Shown: piece after piece, positions 24,895 to 37,835 of the stretch
Position numbering within the stretch: position 1 is the stretch's first letter
Layout of the letters: every line of letters begins with the position of its first letter
From: Octopus sinensis
Taxonomy: Eukaryota
DNA: 64,000 nucleotides
Assembly: GCF_006345805.1 (NCBI RefSeq)
Contig: NC_042997.1
Coordinates: 191,084,001-191,148,000 of the forward strand
Direction of reading: 5' to 3'
The notes under the pieces: model-generated
The model's input: the letters and a program-made list of their open reading frames with translations, nothing else
Databases searched by the model: none
Told to the model about the DNA's origin: nothing
Translations under genes and position numbers: made by a program

Positions 24895-25869
24895 GTAAGA
24901 AAATATTTCTTTTCTGCAGACAAATTGTTAAAATTTAAGATGACTGTATGGAATTATTGTCATTTAGACTACTGTGATAATATGAAAACTGGATACATTG
25001 CTAATCCAGTTGTCAATTATCCAATTGTCTCTCACAAAGGGATTCACCATATGTATGCCATGAGTGTACAGGTTCATGAAGCTGGTGTTCATCTGTGATT
25101 TTTCAGTGTTTCAAGCCAAGTAATTGCTTAGAGACTCCCTCATTGATTCATGTGTCGTCATTGTCATCGTCATCATCATCATCATCACCATCACCATCAT
25201 TGTTTTAATGTCCATTTTACCATGGGTCAAACGGAATTTGTTCAGGCAAATTTTCTTCCTGTCATCAACAAGCACCTTTTTCCAAGAAAAATAATATTTC
25301 CCCCTGTATGTATGTATATGTATGTATGTATGTATATGTAAGTATATATATATTTATGTATATATGTTTATGTATGTATATATATATATATACCCACATA
25401 CACACAAAGATAGATAGACAGATAGACAGATAGAGAAAAAGAGAGGGAGATATCATCACATGTATCATGTACATCTATAAATAATTCATATTATTATTAT
25501 TATTGATCGTAATATAGTGTTGCATAATTTATGAACAGGACAAAAACCTTAACAAGTGAGCTATAAATTTACTTGAATTGAACTCAGTGACCGTCATGCT
25601 TCCCTATTTGATGTTCTTGTTATGTTTTAATACAGAATTATTGACTTGGATTACATTACTCGAATGCAAGCCAATAATGGAGTCAATATGTGAGTAAATA
25701 CAATGCAATATATACTAAAAAAATACATGCTGATTAAAAAAAAAAGTAGAGCCTAAAGTTCCACATGCAAAGCTTACGAAACAGACCAGTATGCACATTA
25801 GAAGACAGTCAAAAGTTCACATTAAAAGGACATGAGGTGAAAACACGAAATAAAGCAGTCACTAAACTT

Positions 25870-26355
25870 TGTTCAATACTTAGTCAGAACATAGAATTAA
25901 ATGGATACATTGAAACTCCGACGTCTGGCGGCTGACTTGGCAGACACCCATAAAATTATTAACCATCTTACAAACAATGACTCTGAGCACCTTTTCAAAC
26001 TCCACCTGTCTAACACCCGTAGACATGTTTACAAAGTCAGAAAATAGCATAGCTCCCATGACTTTCGGAAACATATTTTCATGCTAAGAGTTGTTGAAGC
26101 ATGGAACAAACTGCCGGCATCAGTTGTTAGTTGTCAGAGCACTGCATCCTTCAAAACTTCCATGCTTCCTGAGATTCGCCAACACTACACCTGATTTTCT
26201 CCCTTCCATACACATGCAAGCATGTATCTGACTCATACACTGTTCGCTTTCCAGACAGTTGTACATTACTGCATATGCTTTATACGCACTTTTGACAATT
26301 TGTGGTGCACCTGAGCACTGTATACAATAATTTCATTATTATTATTATTATATTA
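25870..26355 (+). mobile_element. CR1-like LINE 3' end
   Basis: LKLRRLAADL...SNTRRH...FRKHIFMLRVVEAWNKLPASVV...FKTSM, then 3' UTR and (ATT)n tail. A shorter copy lies at about 55682-55940. Confidence 0.85.
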
Positions 26356-27347
26356 TTAAATTGGAGCAATATAACAGTTCTGTTTTGCCAAAATGCATTC
26401 ATTTAACAGAGACCATCACATCATTAATTCACCCTAAGCATATCTAGATATGCATTTTTCCATTCTTTCTCCCTGCATTTTTGTTTTTAAAGATAGAAGA
26501 GTGTAATTTACGAGGGATTTAGTTTCTAATTTTAGCAGATCTAATGATTACATGTGGAGGCGCAATGGCCTAGTGGTTAGGGAAGCGGACTCACGGTCGG
26601 AGGATCGCAGTTTCGATTCCCAAACCAGGCATTGTGTGTGTTTATTGAGTGAAAACACCTAAAAGCTCCACGAGACTCTGGCAGGGGGTTGTCGTGACCC
26701 CTTTTGTGCTCTTTTGCCCCAACTTTCTCTCACTCTTTCTTCCTGTTACTTGAGTAATGCTGCGATGGACTGGCGTTCCTGTCCAGCTGGGGGGAACACA
26801 TACACCACAGAAACCAGGAAACCGAGCCCATGAGCCTGGCTAGGCTTGAAAAGGGCGCAGAAAGAAGAATGATTACATGCATAAGTAATTTTTGTTGGAA
26901 CTAGTGACTGTATGTGTGTGTGTGTGGGGGGGGTGCTGTTTGTATTAGTTGTAATTGTGATGTTGATCCTGAGCATGATGGCCGTAATGATGGTGATATG
27001 GGACTGTTTGTGTTAGTTGTAATCGCAATGTTGATGGAGTGAAGGCACGTGGCTTAGTGGTGAGAGTATTCAGCTCATGATTTTAGGGTGGTGAGTTCAA
27101 TTCCTAGCAATGCTTTGTGTCCTTCAGCAAGGCACTTTATTTCACATTGCTTCAGTCCACTCACCTGGCAAAAATGAGTTGTACCTGTATTTCAAAGGGC
27201 CAGCCTTGTCACACTCTGTGTCATGCTGAATCTCCCTGAGAAAATTATGTTAAGAGTATGCATGTCTGTGGAGTGCTCAGCCATTTGCATGTTAATTTCA
27301 TGAGCAAGTTGTTCTGTTGATCAGATCAAATAGAACTTTTGATGGTG

Positions 27348-27888
27348 TTGGGTTGTCCAGAAAGTTCATGCTGATTTATAGTAGCTTACTTTTCGACTTA
27401 TTTTAGAACATGGTTGAGTCCATAAAATAGGTTTTGACTACACCTCCATTTAGAGCACAGTTTAAGCTGTGTTAATTCTGTTAACCTGTGTTAATTCTGT
27501 AACCCTTTAAAATGGAAGATAAGAAAGTTCATTTTCAGCATTTGATGCTTTGGGAACCAGACAAAAATTGCTGCAGCTCGGCTGGGATGTGTTACCCCAC
27601 CCTCCATATTCACCAGATATTGCTCCTTCGGATTTCCACTTATTCAGGTCTCTGCAGAATAGTCTTAATGGTAAAGATTTCAATTCCTTGGATGACTTAA
27701 AAAGATACCTTGATGAATTCTTTGCCATGAAACCACCTCAATTCTGGGAAGAGGATAATTTGAAGTTAAAGGAAAGATGGAGACGCAACAAAATGGTTCA
27801 TATTCAGTTGATTAAAAATGTAATGACAAGTATTTATTGACCTTTTTCTTTCCTTTAAAAATCGGCACGAACTTTCCGGACAACCCAA
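27348..27888 (+). mobile_element. Non-autonomous mariner (internal deletion derivative)
   Basis: TIR TTGGGTTGTCC(G/A)GAAAGTT. Transposase N-terminus MEDKKVHF joined to the C-terminus HPPYSPDIAPSDFHLFRSLQN. Confidence 0.9.
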
Positions 27889-28694
27889 TAAAATGGTTAT
27901 GATGGGATGATGGTGGTGGCAGTGGCAGCAGTGATAGCAGTGGCAATTGTAGTAGTAGTAGTAACAGCAGTAATAATTGCTTCCTATAGAGGTGTAAGAC
28001 TTATAACTTGGAAGAGAAAATTAGTCAATTAAATTGACCTCCCATACCTGACAGGTATATTATTTATCAATCCTGAAAGATTAAAGGGTGAAGGGTAAAG
28101 GGAAACCCTTAGTGAGATTTGATCCCAAAATGCAAAGACACAGAACAAATACTGCAAGTCATTTTTCCCAATACTCTTTTGTTGTTGTTAAGCAACAAGA
28201 CAGTTAAGGGTGATTAGGTGATGGTCTAGGGCTTAGGGGCAGGAGACCCCAGACCTTGGGAAAAAAAAAACAAATTTTGGTCATCTTGTAGTCGAGGGCT
28301 CTTCGTTGACGCCCGACACCGCTGGGAGGTGGCCCTCGAAGTCGCTGGAAATGGAGATCTCCAGGTCCAAATTCTTGAACGGCCCCAATACTCTAACAAT
28401 GCTGGTGTTGATGTTAGTTGTGATGTTGTGGTATTCATCACCTTAATCATTTTAACATCCACTTTTCCCTGCTTGCATGGATCACATGAAATTTGTTGTG
28501 GCAGATTTTTTTAAGATTAGATGCCCTTCCAGTCACCAACTCTTGTTCCAAAGCAAAGGTAATATTTCACCCATGACTGGATATATTTTCATGGAAGACT
28601 GGAAATGAATGACACTGCTTGAACTTGAGGTAAATGATAACAACAATAACAACAATAACAATTCTTTAAAATATTCATTTTATTTATCTTCCAG

Positions 28695-28746
28695 AAATGT
28701 CATTTTGACTTGGCCATGTTTGTGTCCAACAGACTTCATGTTGACG
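28695..28746 (+). CDS. FPGS: FPGS-like exon
   Basis: TTCCAG/GTATGT boundaries, 52 nt, phase 0-1. KCHFDLAMFVSNRLHVD aligns with human PCQFDYAVFCPN. Confidence 0.85.
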
Positions 28747-29284
28747 GTATGTGATATAGCAAGTGTTTCATATTACATTACACCTCTATCATTATTGTGT
28801 GTGTATGTGTGGATGCAGGTATGTGTGTGTGCATGTGTGTGTGTGTGTGTGTGTACCATTGTGTGTGTGTGTGTGGTGTGTGTGTGTGTGTGTGTGTACG
28901 TTTGTGTGTGATCTCATCAACTGTTTGTTTTGCTTTGTTTTTGTTTTTTTTTGCGGACAGTGCAAGATATAAGCAGAACAATAAAAGTATGCAAAACTTT
29001 TTCTCAAGTCCAAAATGTGAATTTTCTTTTTCTTTTTTTTTTATTTACATTCCAGTGATGGAGTTTTATATTTTTTGTTAGAAACCAGCTTTGAAATTTT
29101 ACTTACAGGAAGATTTCAAATAATTAAAAATAGGAGAGAACAAACATACATATGTACATACATACATACATACACACATCCATCTATACATACATACATA
29201 CATACATACGTACATACATACATGCATGCATGCATGCATAAAGGCCAAAGAAATAAGAACCCACAGTATGGTAGTAGCAATAGT

Positions 29285-29680
29285 CACTCAATAAAAAAGA
29301 GTACTGGTGGAATATCTCAGTAAAAACCTTAATAAAATGTAAACATAATAGACCTGACATAGTGATTTGGGATAGGGAAGAAGAACTGTGTACAGTTGTG
29401 GAAATCAGCTGCCCAGTGGATGTTAATATAAAACTAAAGATCAGCGAAAGAGAAAATACCTATGCTGAGCTATTGAGAAATCTACAGTTACTCTACCCAA
29501 TTATAAGTTCAAGTTTTTACCTCTAATTATTGGGCACTGGGATATGTAACACACTTCCTAAGTACTAATCTTGAGGAATTAGGCATCTCAAAACCAGAAA
29601 GGAGAAAGCTGATTCAAAGACTACAGACCCAACCAATCACTGGAACTGTGAAAATCTTCTTTCCAGAAGTTTATCATCTA
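29285..29680 (+). mobile_element. R4/Dong-like non-LTR retrotransposon 3' end (restriction-like endonuclease)
   Basis: EYWWNISVKTLIKCKHNRPDIVIWDREEELCTVVEISCPVDVNIKLKISERENTYAELLRNL...LPLIIG, a PD-(D/E)xK RLE pattern; frameshift near 29535. Confidence 0.8.
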
Positions 29681-30262
29681 TGTATGTATGTATGAGCAGG
29701 TCTAGATCATCATCACCATCACCACCACCACCACTATCATCGTCATCATTTAACATGTTTTCCATGCTAGCATGGGTTGGATGGTTTGACCGGGGTCTCG
29801 GAAGCCAGGAGGCTGCACCAGGCTCCAGTCTGATCTGGCAGTGTTTCTACAGCTGGATACCCTTCCTAACGCCAACCACTCCATGAATGTAATGGGTGCT
29901 TTTTACGGGCCACCAGCACAGGGACCAGAGGAGGCTGGCAACGGCCATGATTAGTTGGTGCTTTTTACATGCCACTGGCATGGATGCCAGTCAAGGTGGC
30001 GCTGACATCAGCCATGTTCGGATGGTGCTTTTTATGTGCCACTTGCACGGGTATCACAACAACAATTTCTATTTGATATTATTATATACATGAGAAGACA
30101 TACATAAAGCAAAACAGACAAATTTGCACATGCACTGACTCCAAATATTGTACACATTAGCACATACATGCAAAAATACCTTGATCTTGAAATTCCAATG
30201 AAGGAAACCTGGATCTAGGCTAGAAACCAGTTCTTTCTCTATTGGCAATAAATCTTGAAACT

Positions 30263-30497
30263 AAGGCGGCGAGCTGGCAGAAACATTAGCGTGCCGGGTG
30301 AAATGCTTAGCGGTATTTTGTCTGCCGCTACGTTCTGAGTTCAAATTCCACCGAGGTTGACTTTGCCTTTCATCCTTTTGGGGTCGATTAAATAAGTACC
30401 AGTTACGCACTGAAGTCGATATAATCGACTTAATCCGTTTGTCTGTCCTTGTTTGTCCTCTCTGTGTTTAGCCCCTTGTGGGTAGTAAAGAAATAAG
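30263..30497 (+). mobile_element. SINE family C monomer
   Basis: Same head, core and tail as 9141; AAATCTTGAAA TSD on both sides. Other monomers at about 31255-31465, 52396-52630, 18295-18475, 62720-62910(-). Confidence 0.85.
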
Positions 30498-30602
30498 AAA
30501 TCTTGAAATAAAACTGAATAATGACACACACATACACACACACTTTTAAAATCTTGATGAAAATAAAATATTCTCTACTTTTCCTTGTATTCTAATAAAC
30601 AG

Positions 30603-30892
30603 ATCAAACTGACGATGCAGGCCAATACAATGATCTCGTGATGACATGGATATCTTTGTTTGAGAATGAGACGAGTGAAACAAAGACAAAATTTACCAGT
30701 TCCGATGCTGTAAAAGGATTTTCATGCATCAGTAATGCTCTGGAATGGTGCCAGTTAAATATGGCCAACATTCACAATGGAAATCCTCGTGTAACATCTG
30801 CTTTGAAAGGTGCAACTCATTTACAGATTTTAATAACAGGAAGTTTGTATTTAGTTGGTGATGTTCTGAAATCTTTGAAGAAGGTAAATTAA
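30603..30892 (+). CDS. FPGS: FPGS-like terminal coding exon
   Basis: ACAG acceptor, phase 1. Reads ...FSCISNALEW...HLQILITGSLYLVGDVLKSLKKVN-stop, matching the FPGS C-terminal FSCISHALQW and VLVTGSLHLVG motifs. Candidate AATAAA at 31588-31593. Confidence 0.93.
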
Positions 30893-31716
30893 GAAATCCC
30901 AGATGTTGTTCTTGAATATGGGGCAACATAAAACATTAAGGATTATTTTTATTTATTTATCTATTTATTTATGTATTTATTTATTTATTGATCTACTTAT
31001 TTATCTATATTTATCTATTTATTTATCTATCTATTTATTTATTGATCTATTTATTTATGTATTTATTTATTTAAGACTCAGATATCTAACCACACAAATA
31101 TATATATTTTGCCTTTTATCTTTCTGAAGTTGATAAAAACAAGTACCGGTAATATATTGAGATTCAATGTAAAAATTCATTTTGTATGGGAATCACAAAA
31201 TTACAAAGAATGGTCGTGCCAAATCCAATACATCATATTTATTACATAGAACTTGGCAAGCTGGCAGAAACGTTAGCACACTGGGCGAAATGCTTAGCGG
31301 TATTTCATCTGTCTTGACATTCTGAGTTCAAATTCCGCCAAGGTTGACTTTGCCTTTCATCCTTTCGGGGTCAATAAATTAAGTACCATTTGCATACTGG
31401 GATCGATCTAATCAACCGGGCCCCTCCCCTAAAATTTCACGCCTTGTGCCTAGAGTAGAAAAGAATATTTTTTTACATAGATGCATGAACTATCAAATTT
31501 ACACAGGAGTGATGTTGTGCTATTTATTTATTTATTTACCAAGTTCATTGTACCGTTTAAAATACTGAAAACATTTTAGAATACTGAAATAAAGATAAAA
31601 ATCAATGGCATAACTATTTCTTGATTTACATACTTTTTTGCATTATTTTATTGATTTTGCATTATTTTATTGATTTCAGTCATTGAACTGCAGCTATGTT
31701 GAAGAACTGTCTTTAA

Positions 31717-31911
31717 CCCTTTCATTACCGTATTTGTTTTGAGATGCTCTGTTTCTTTCAATTACTTTAAATATAACAAAAAATTTAATAAAATAACTTA
31801 GTTATCATTAAGCTAGTTTTAGGAACATAAATTGTGACTAAAGTTTGGTGGAAAACGGGACATTTGTACCCAGAGTCAGAGCCGGTTTCAGCTGGGTTGG
31901 TAATGAAAGGG
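31717..31911. mobile_element. TTAA-flanked (piggyBac-like) MITE
   Basis: TTAA-CCCTTTCATTACC ... GGTAATGAAAGGG-TTAA. Confidence 0.85.
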
Positions 31912-32900
31912 TTAAGGGCAGTTTTACTTGATCATATCATAGGTGCAGACGTTGCTTTTCAGTTAATAATTTTGCTTCCCAACCTCATGGCTTCAGTTTC
32001 GGTCCTGCTGTGTGACACCTTGGACAAGTGTCTTCTACTGTAGCCCAGGCTTGCATCAGGTCTTGTTTGGTTACATGGTATGGACAAGTCACAAAAATAA
32101 TGAAACAACGACGTCTATCACTCCTGAATGGGACTTGATGCAAGTTATCTTGCTTGTCTATGACTTCTTTTATGCCTATAAGTGCAGCCTACCCACAAAA
32201 AGGCAAAACACTGAGTTCTTTTGAGTGCTGGGCCTCACGGAAGCCTTGGCATTTTGTCAAACTTGAGAAGAAGACCCATCAAGCAAAGCAAAATCGCAGT
32301 CGTGGCAGATACCAGTGTCATGCAAATGACACCTGCACTGGTGGTTCATAAAAGCACCCATTACACTCTCGGAGTGGTTGGCATTAGGAAGGGCATCCAG
32401 CCATAGAAAACCATGCCAAATCAGACTGGATCCTGGCACAGCTTTCCAGCATGTCAGCCCAGTCAAACCATCCAACCTATGCCAGCATGGACAACAGACG
32501 TTAAATGATGATGATGATTATATATATATATATGAGTGTGTATATACACATAGGTGCAAATATAGTTGTGTAGTTAAGAAGTTTACTTCCCAATGGTGTA
32601 GTGGTTTCAGATTCAGTACCAATACATGGCACCTAGATCAAATATCTTCTACTATATTCCTAGGACAACCAAAGTCTGTAGATTTAGTAGGTGGAAACTA
32701 CAAGAAGCCCATCATATATTTATATATTTGTTGGTAATTTTTCCTTATTTTCCCTTTTTTTCTCTTTGTGCTATCTTATTTCCGACAAAGAGCTTGCCTA
32801 TCAACAATGTATATATTGGGTTGTCCGGAAAGTTTGTGCCAATTTTTAAAGGAAAGAAAAAGGTCAATAAATACTTGCCATTACATTTTTAACCAACCGT

Positions 32901-34115
32901 GAATGGTCAGTAATTGCAATATCAAGGCAACTGAGTAATAGACTGAATGATCAAGAACTGTAATACCAAGACATCTGGACAACAGTGAATGGTCACTCAT
33001 TGTAATACAAAGACATCTGGACAACCCAATAATTGTAATGGCCAATTTATAAATGTGATTTACCGCTATGGATGCCAAAACATGGCTGTACTCAAGCAGG
33101 CTGTCCAAATACAGCTTACATAGACCAACTCATCAGAGACATTGGAGGACATCCCAAAGACCTTCCTCAACTAATGCAGGACCAAAATGAATGGCATATG
33201 CACATTAAAAATGTCTGAGCAAGCTCGACTAGATGAAATGAAGGACTACAGTGAATGGCCCAAAATGGTAAGATTAAGGTAACTGGACAATACAGTGAAT
33301 GGTTGACAATTGCGATATTAACCCTTTCGTTACCGTATTTATTTTGAGATGCTCTGTGTTTCTTTGAATTACTTTAAATATAACAAAGAATTTAGTAAAA
33401 TAGCTTAGTTACTTTTAAGCTAGTGTTACTAACATAAATTGAGACTAAAGTTTGGTGGAAGATTTTAATTTAACCCATAAGCATTTAAACTGGCCCTATC
33501 CGGCCAAAATATTCTACCTGCTTTAGGTTCAAACAGGCCAGATCTTGCCTCTCACACCTACCCTACAATGTCATTCTAAAAATAAACAGTTATAACATCA
33601 AAATCTGAAAACTACAAGATAATCCAGGATTAATTTCAAGTAATGTGAATAAATAAGCAATTTATTTGACAGAATAATCTGAATGGTAAAGGGTCAAAAC
33701 TTATGAAAACAAGACATTTGTATTCAGAGCCAGAGCCGGGTTGGTAACGAAAGGGTTAAAGAAACTGACCAGTACATCAACTGGCTGATCCCTGTAATAG
33801 GAACAATACAATGAATGGTCAAGAACAGTAATATTAAGACAATTGTCAAAAATTCTAATAATAAAATGGTTGTATACTGTCAACTTAACATGACAGTAGG
33901 GGATTATACCACCGCTGTTTAGCCCTAGGAAGCATCAACACTTCCTGTTGGCTTTGACGATGCTTCCTAGGGCTAAACAGCGGTGGTGTAATCCCCTACT
34001 GTCACGTTAAGCTGACAGTATACAACCATTATATCGCCCCACCACCGTACATATCTCTATGAGATATTTAGAAATTTAATTTTTCTGATCTAATAATAAA
34101 GCAACTGGACAACAG
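32901..34115. repeat. Degenerate ~43-bp minisatellite interrupted by several insertions
   Basis: Recurring GAATGGTCA...TGTAATAxxAAG(G/A)CAxCTGGACAA units at about 32901, 32945, 32987, 33253, 33297, 33813, with a last partial unit ending near 34112. Confidence 0.6.
33322..33755. mobile_element. TTAA MITE of the same family, with a second TTAA MITE nested at 33474-33693
   Basis: Outer TTAA-CCCTTTCGTTACC...GGTAACGAAAGGG-TTAA; inner TTAA-CCCATAAGCATT...AATGGTAAAGGG-TCAA. The inner family also occurs at about 57210-57420 in reverse. Confidence 0.82.
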
Positions 34116-35189
34116 GATTTGTAATGTTTGTCTTATGATTTTATATTTCTTTCTTGTTCTTTTTTGTGGTTTGTTTTTTTCAAATATTGAAGAAATAAGA
34201 AACTGATACAATGTTCATAGTTTGGTCAACAACTCGAGCATTAAGGCAATTTCGAAATATTTTATTACAAAAATTTAACACCATTTCTTCTTACTTTTCG
34301 AATGGAAGATTTACATTTCAGTTTATATCACAAAAGGGTGAATTTTCACACTGAGAACAAACAAACATTTAATAATAAAAAAAAAAAAAAAATGATAAAA
34401 AATTGTTTTTTCTTTTTTTTTTCAAAAATTCTGTACAGATCCCCATCCATTCCCAAATCTATATAAGTTCTATCTTGGCAAAAAAAAAAAAAAAAATTAA
34501 TTAAAAAAAATTCTGGAAAAATCCAAAATTTATAATTCCCAACCCTTAACCCTTTTTTTTTTATAACTTTATTAATTTATTAACACTGATATTTTCACAT
34601 CAATGGCAACACATATCAACGTTAACAATGAAATACAAGATTATATTATGAGAGACAGAACAAATGGAAGGTTTTGAAAGAGATGAAAAGAATGGAATGT
34701 GTGTGTGTGTACACTTGTATATATAGGTATTTATTACACATTTGATATGCATGTATGTGTGTGTGAGAAACTTATCTATGTATCAAATTTAATGTATACA
34801 CAGTGTCAAAGGCCAGTTTGCTCAGATATTTGTCCTGAGATAATATCTCTTAAAGAGGGGCTGTGTTAAAAACACAGACATCAGAGGGAGATTGAAAATT
34901 TGCCCCAGCAGTCAGTGAAAACATCAAATGCATTTTGGCCTTTTGGGAGCCTTTTCAGTGGCGCATACTCACAGCCAGCCACATATGGCCTGTTGACTCT
35001 GTGTAATGTGCATAAAGTATGATACATAGATACCTATTTTAATTGCATACTTACACACATAAGTATATGTGTGTGTGTGTGTGAGTGTGTCTAAGGCATC
35101 TATGTGTATAATGAATTGAAGGTATTGACAGACTGAAGCAGAAAAATCCACCAGCCTCATCAAAATAATACATGAATATTATATACACT

Positions 35190-35306
35190 ATATATATATA
35201 CATACCTATGTGTATATATATATATATATATATACCTATGTGTATATATATATATATATATATACATACCTATGTGTATATATATATATATATATATATA
35301 CATACC

Positions 35307-35346
<40 letters not shown>

Positions 35347-35405
35347 CCTATGTATATATATATATATATATATACTTATGTATATATATATATTACTTAT
35401 GTATG

Positions 35406-35439
<34 letters not shown>

Positions 35440-35522
35440 TTATATATATATATATATACTTATGTATGTATGTATATATATATATATATACTTATGTATG
35501 TATATATATATACTTATGTATG

Positions 35523-35573
<51 letters not shown>

Positions 35574-35593
35574 ATATACTTATGTATGTATGT

Positions 35594-35626
<33 letters not shown>

Positions 35627-35645
35627 CATGTATGTATAGTATATA
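35190..35645. repeat. Compound (TA)n microsatellite with higher-order CCTATGTG/CTTATGTA units
   Basis: Directly visible. Confidence 0.95.
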
Positions 35646-35889
35646 TGATAAATAATATATTGTAAAAGAAAGGTAAAAATTTTCATCGGTGGTTTTTATC
35701 GGCTTGAAATTAAAGTTTGTAGAATATGCTGCAAATTGTAAATAACTGGACAGCTGATTAGCATTATCATTGATGATGATGATGGTGATGGTGTTGTGAG
35801 GGAATTAAGTAATGAAAAACAAAAACAAACTCTTTGAAATATGTCTCCGTGTATGAAAAAATATGATTGACTATAACTGACGATGTACA

Positions 35890-36310
35890 ACAGATGAGAA
35901 TGTGGGTGGCTCAGTACAGGCAGAGGCCAGTGTAAAACAATTCTTATATTTTAGTGCTTGAAAGATAAGGCATACGTGAGATGCCAAGACAAGATCACAA
36001 ATGAGGAGATGTTTTGAAAAGTCAATGCCCCATACACCTGGTCTTGTTATCAAGGGCAGAAGAATGCAGCTGGTACAGCATGTCCTACGAATGGGGGACA
36101 ATATCCCAGTAAGAATTGCAATGATATGGTTACCAGCTTGTGAGAGGGCAGCAAAGGGTAGACTAAAGGAAACCTGAAGATCCCACTTAAAAGATGATCT
36201 GTTCAGCTGTCACACAAAATGGTTTGAAGCTTTGATTCTTGCCAAAGACAAAAGACAAATGTGTGGATTCTCTTCTAATAGACAACAAAAGAGGGTTCTG
36301 TGAGTTCTTA
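35890..36310 (+). mobile_element. Old RTE ORF2 3' remnant
   Basis: VIKGRRMQLVQHVLRMGDNIPVRIAMIW...KGRLKET*RSHLKDDL...AKDKRQ. Confidence 0.6.
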
Positions 36311-37539
36311 CTGAACAACTTGCACAGAGGGTCTGTTTACAGCAATCAAATGTTTGTGTTGTACATTAGCTGACAATCACCATCAGATTGTCATTGCCTG
36401 TACAGATGCACAGCATGCAGCATATCAGATGTGAAGTGATCACAGGGAAATGTGAGATGAAGTCTTTGCCTTAAGAACACAATGCGTCCTTACATGTGTC
36501 TGTGTGTGTGTGTGTGTGTGAAAGTCAGTATGTGGAGGTGGAGGTGCGTGGCTTAGTGGTTAGGGTGTCAGCATCATGATCGTAAAATCGTGGTTTCGAT
36601 TCCTGGACCAGGCGACGCGTTGTGTGATCTTGAGCAAAACACTTCATTTCACATTGCTCCAGTCCACTCAGCTAGCAAAAATGAGTAACGCTTCAATAGA
36701 CTGGCGTTCCATCCAACTGGGGAACACATACACCATAGAAACCAGGCCCATGAGCCTGGCTAGGCTTTAAAAGGGTGCAGTGGGGAGGCGCGTGGCTTAG
36801 TGGTTAGGGTGTCAGCATCATGATTGTAAGATCGTGGTTTCGATTCCTGGACCAGGTGACGCGTTGTGTTCTTGAGCAAAACACTTCATTTCACGTTGCT
36901 CCAGTCCACTCAGCTGGCAAAAATGAGTAACGCTGCAATGGACTGGCGTCCCATCCAACTGGGGAACACATACACCATAGAAACCGGCAAACCAGGCCCA
37001 TGAGCCTGGGTAGGCTTTAAAAGGGCACATTTATTATTTTATATGAGAGAGTATACTTATATGTGAGTGAGAGCGAATATGCTAATCAGCTATTTGTCTC
37101 TGTAGTTGTGTGTATGTGTGTGAAAGAGTGTATGTATGTATTGAAACGTATGTAGATGCATACGAGTGTTTACATGCTTAGTTGCAGGTGCATAGATGTT
37201 TGCTCAGTTACAAATTTAAACATGCTAACATGCGTGTGTAATGAGAGTGTATACAGATAAGTATGAGAGTGGTGCGTGGCAGGATGTCTAACGAAGCATG
37301 TCGAACAAATGAGATATAATTTAAGATTATGCTCAAATTAAAATTCCAAGATTCTTCCTTCAACTCCAAGTTTAATGAAAGGAATGAACATGTGCGTATT
37401 TTAATTTCTCTTTCATTTAAAAACTGTTGACAAGTTTTCTCAACAAGAAATACAGTTAATTTCTCTAATGAATGAATACATTAGCTAAAACAGCTATAGC
37501 TTCCCTTTATTATTTTTATTATTATTATTATTATCCAAA

Positions 37540-37835
37540 GTACAAATATATGGGAAACTACCACCTGTATCATCTTTTGTGAAAGGTAGAAGAGTCCAGT
37601 TTGCTGGACATTGTTGTAGAGCTGAAAACGAGGTAATTTCTACTCTTCTCCTCTGGAAGCCATCTGCTCGCGATACCAGAGGGTGCACACTCTCCTACCC
37701 TGATGTAATCTCCAGGGATACAGGCATCCAGCAACAGGACCTCCGTAATGCTATGATGGACCGTGAAGTCTGGCGTAACATAGTAAATTCCATTGTCTTG
37801 ACCATGGTCAAACAAAGATGATGATTATTATTATT
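37540..37835 (+). mobile_element. RTE/RTEX-like LINE 3' end
   Basis: IYGKLPPVSSFVKGRRVQFAGHCCRAENE...LLWKP...AMMDREVWRNIV, then (GAT)n tail. Same family as the fragment at 15240-15368(-). Confidence 0.75.

Noticed and set aside
26556-26630. tRNA genes at SINE heads (also 5401, 36784, 49401)
   Set aside because: A and B boxes are present, but each runs into a shared SINE body with no clean acceptor stem or oligo-T terminator.
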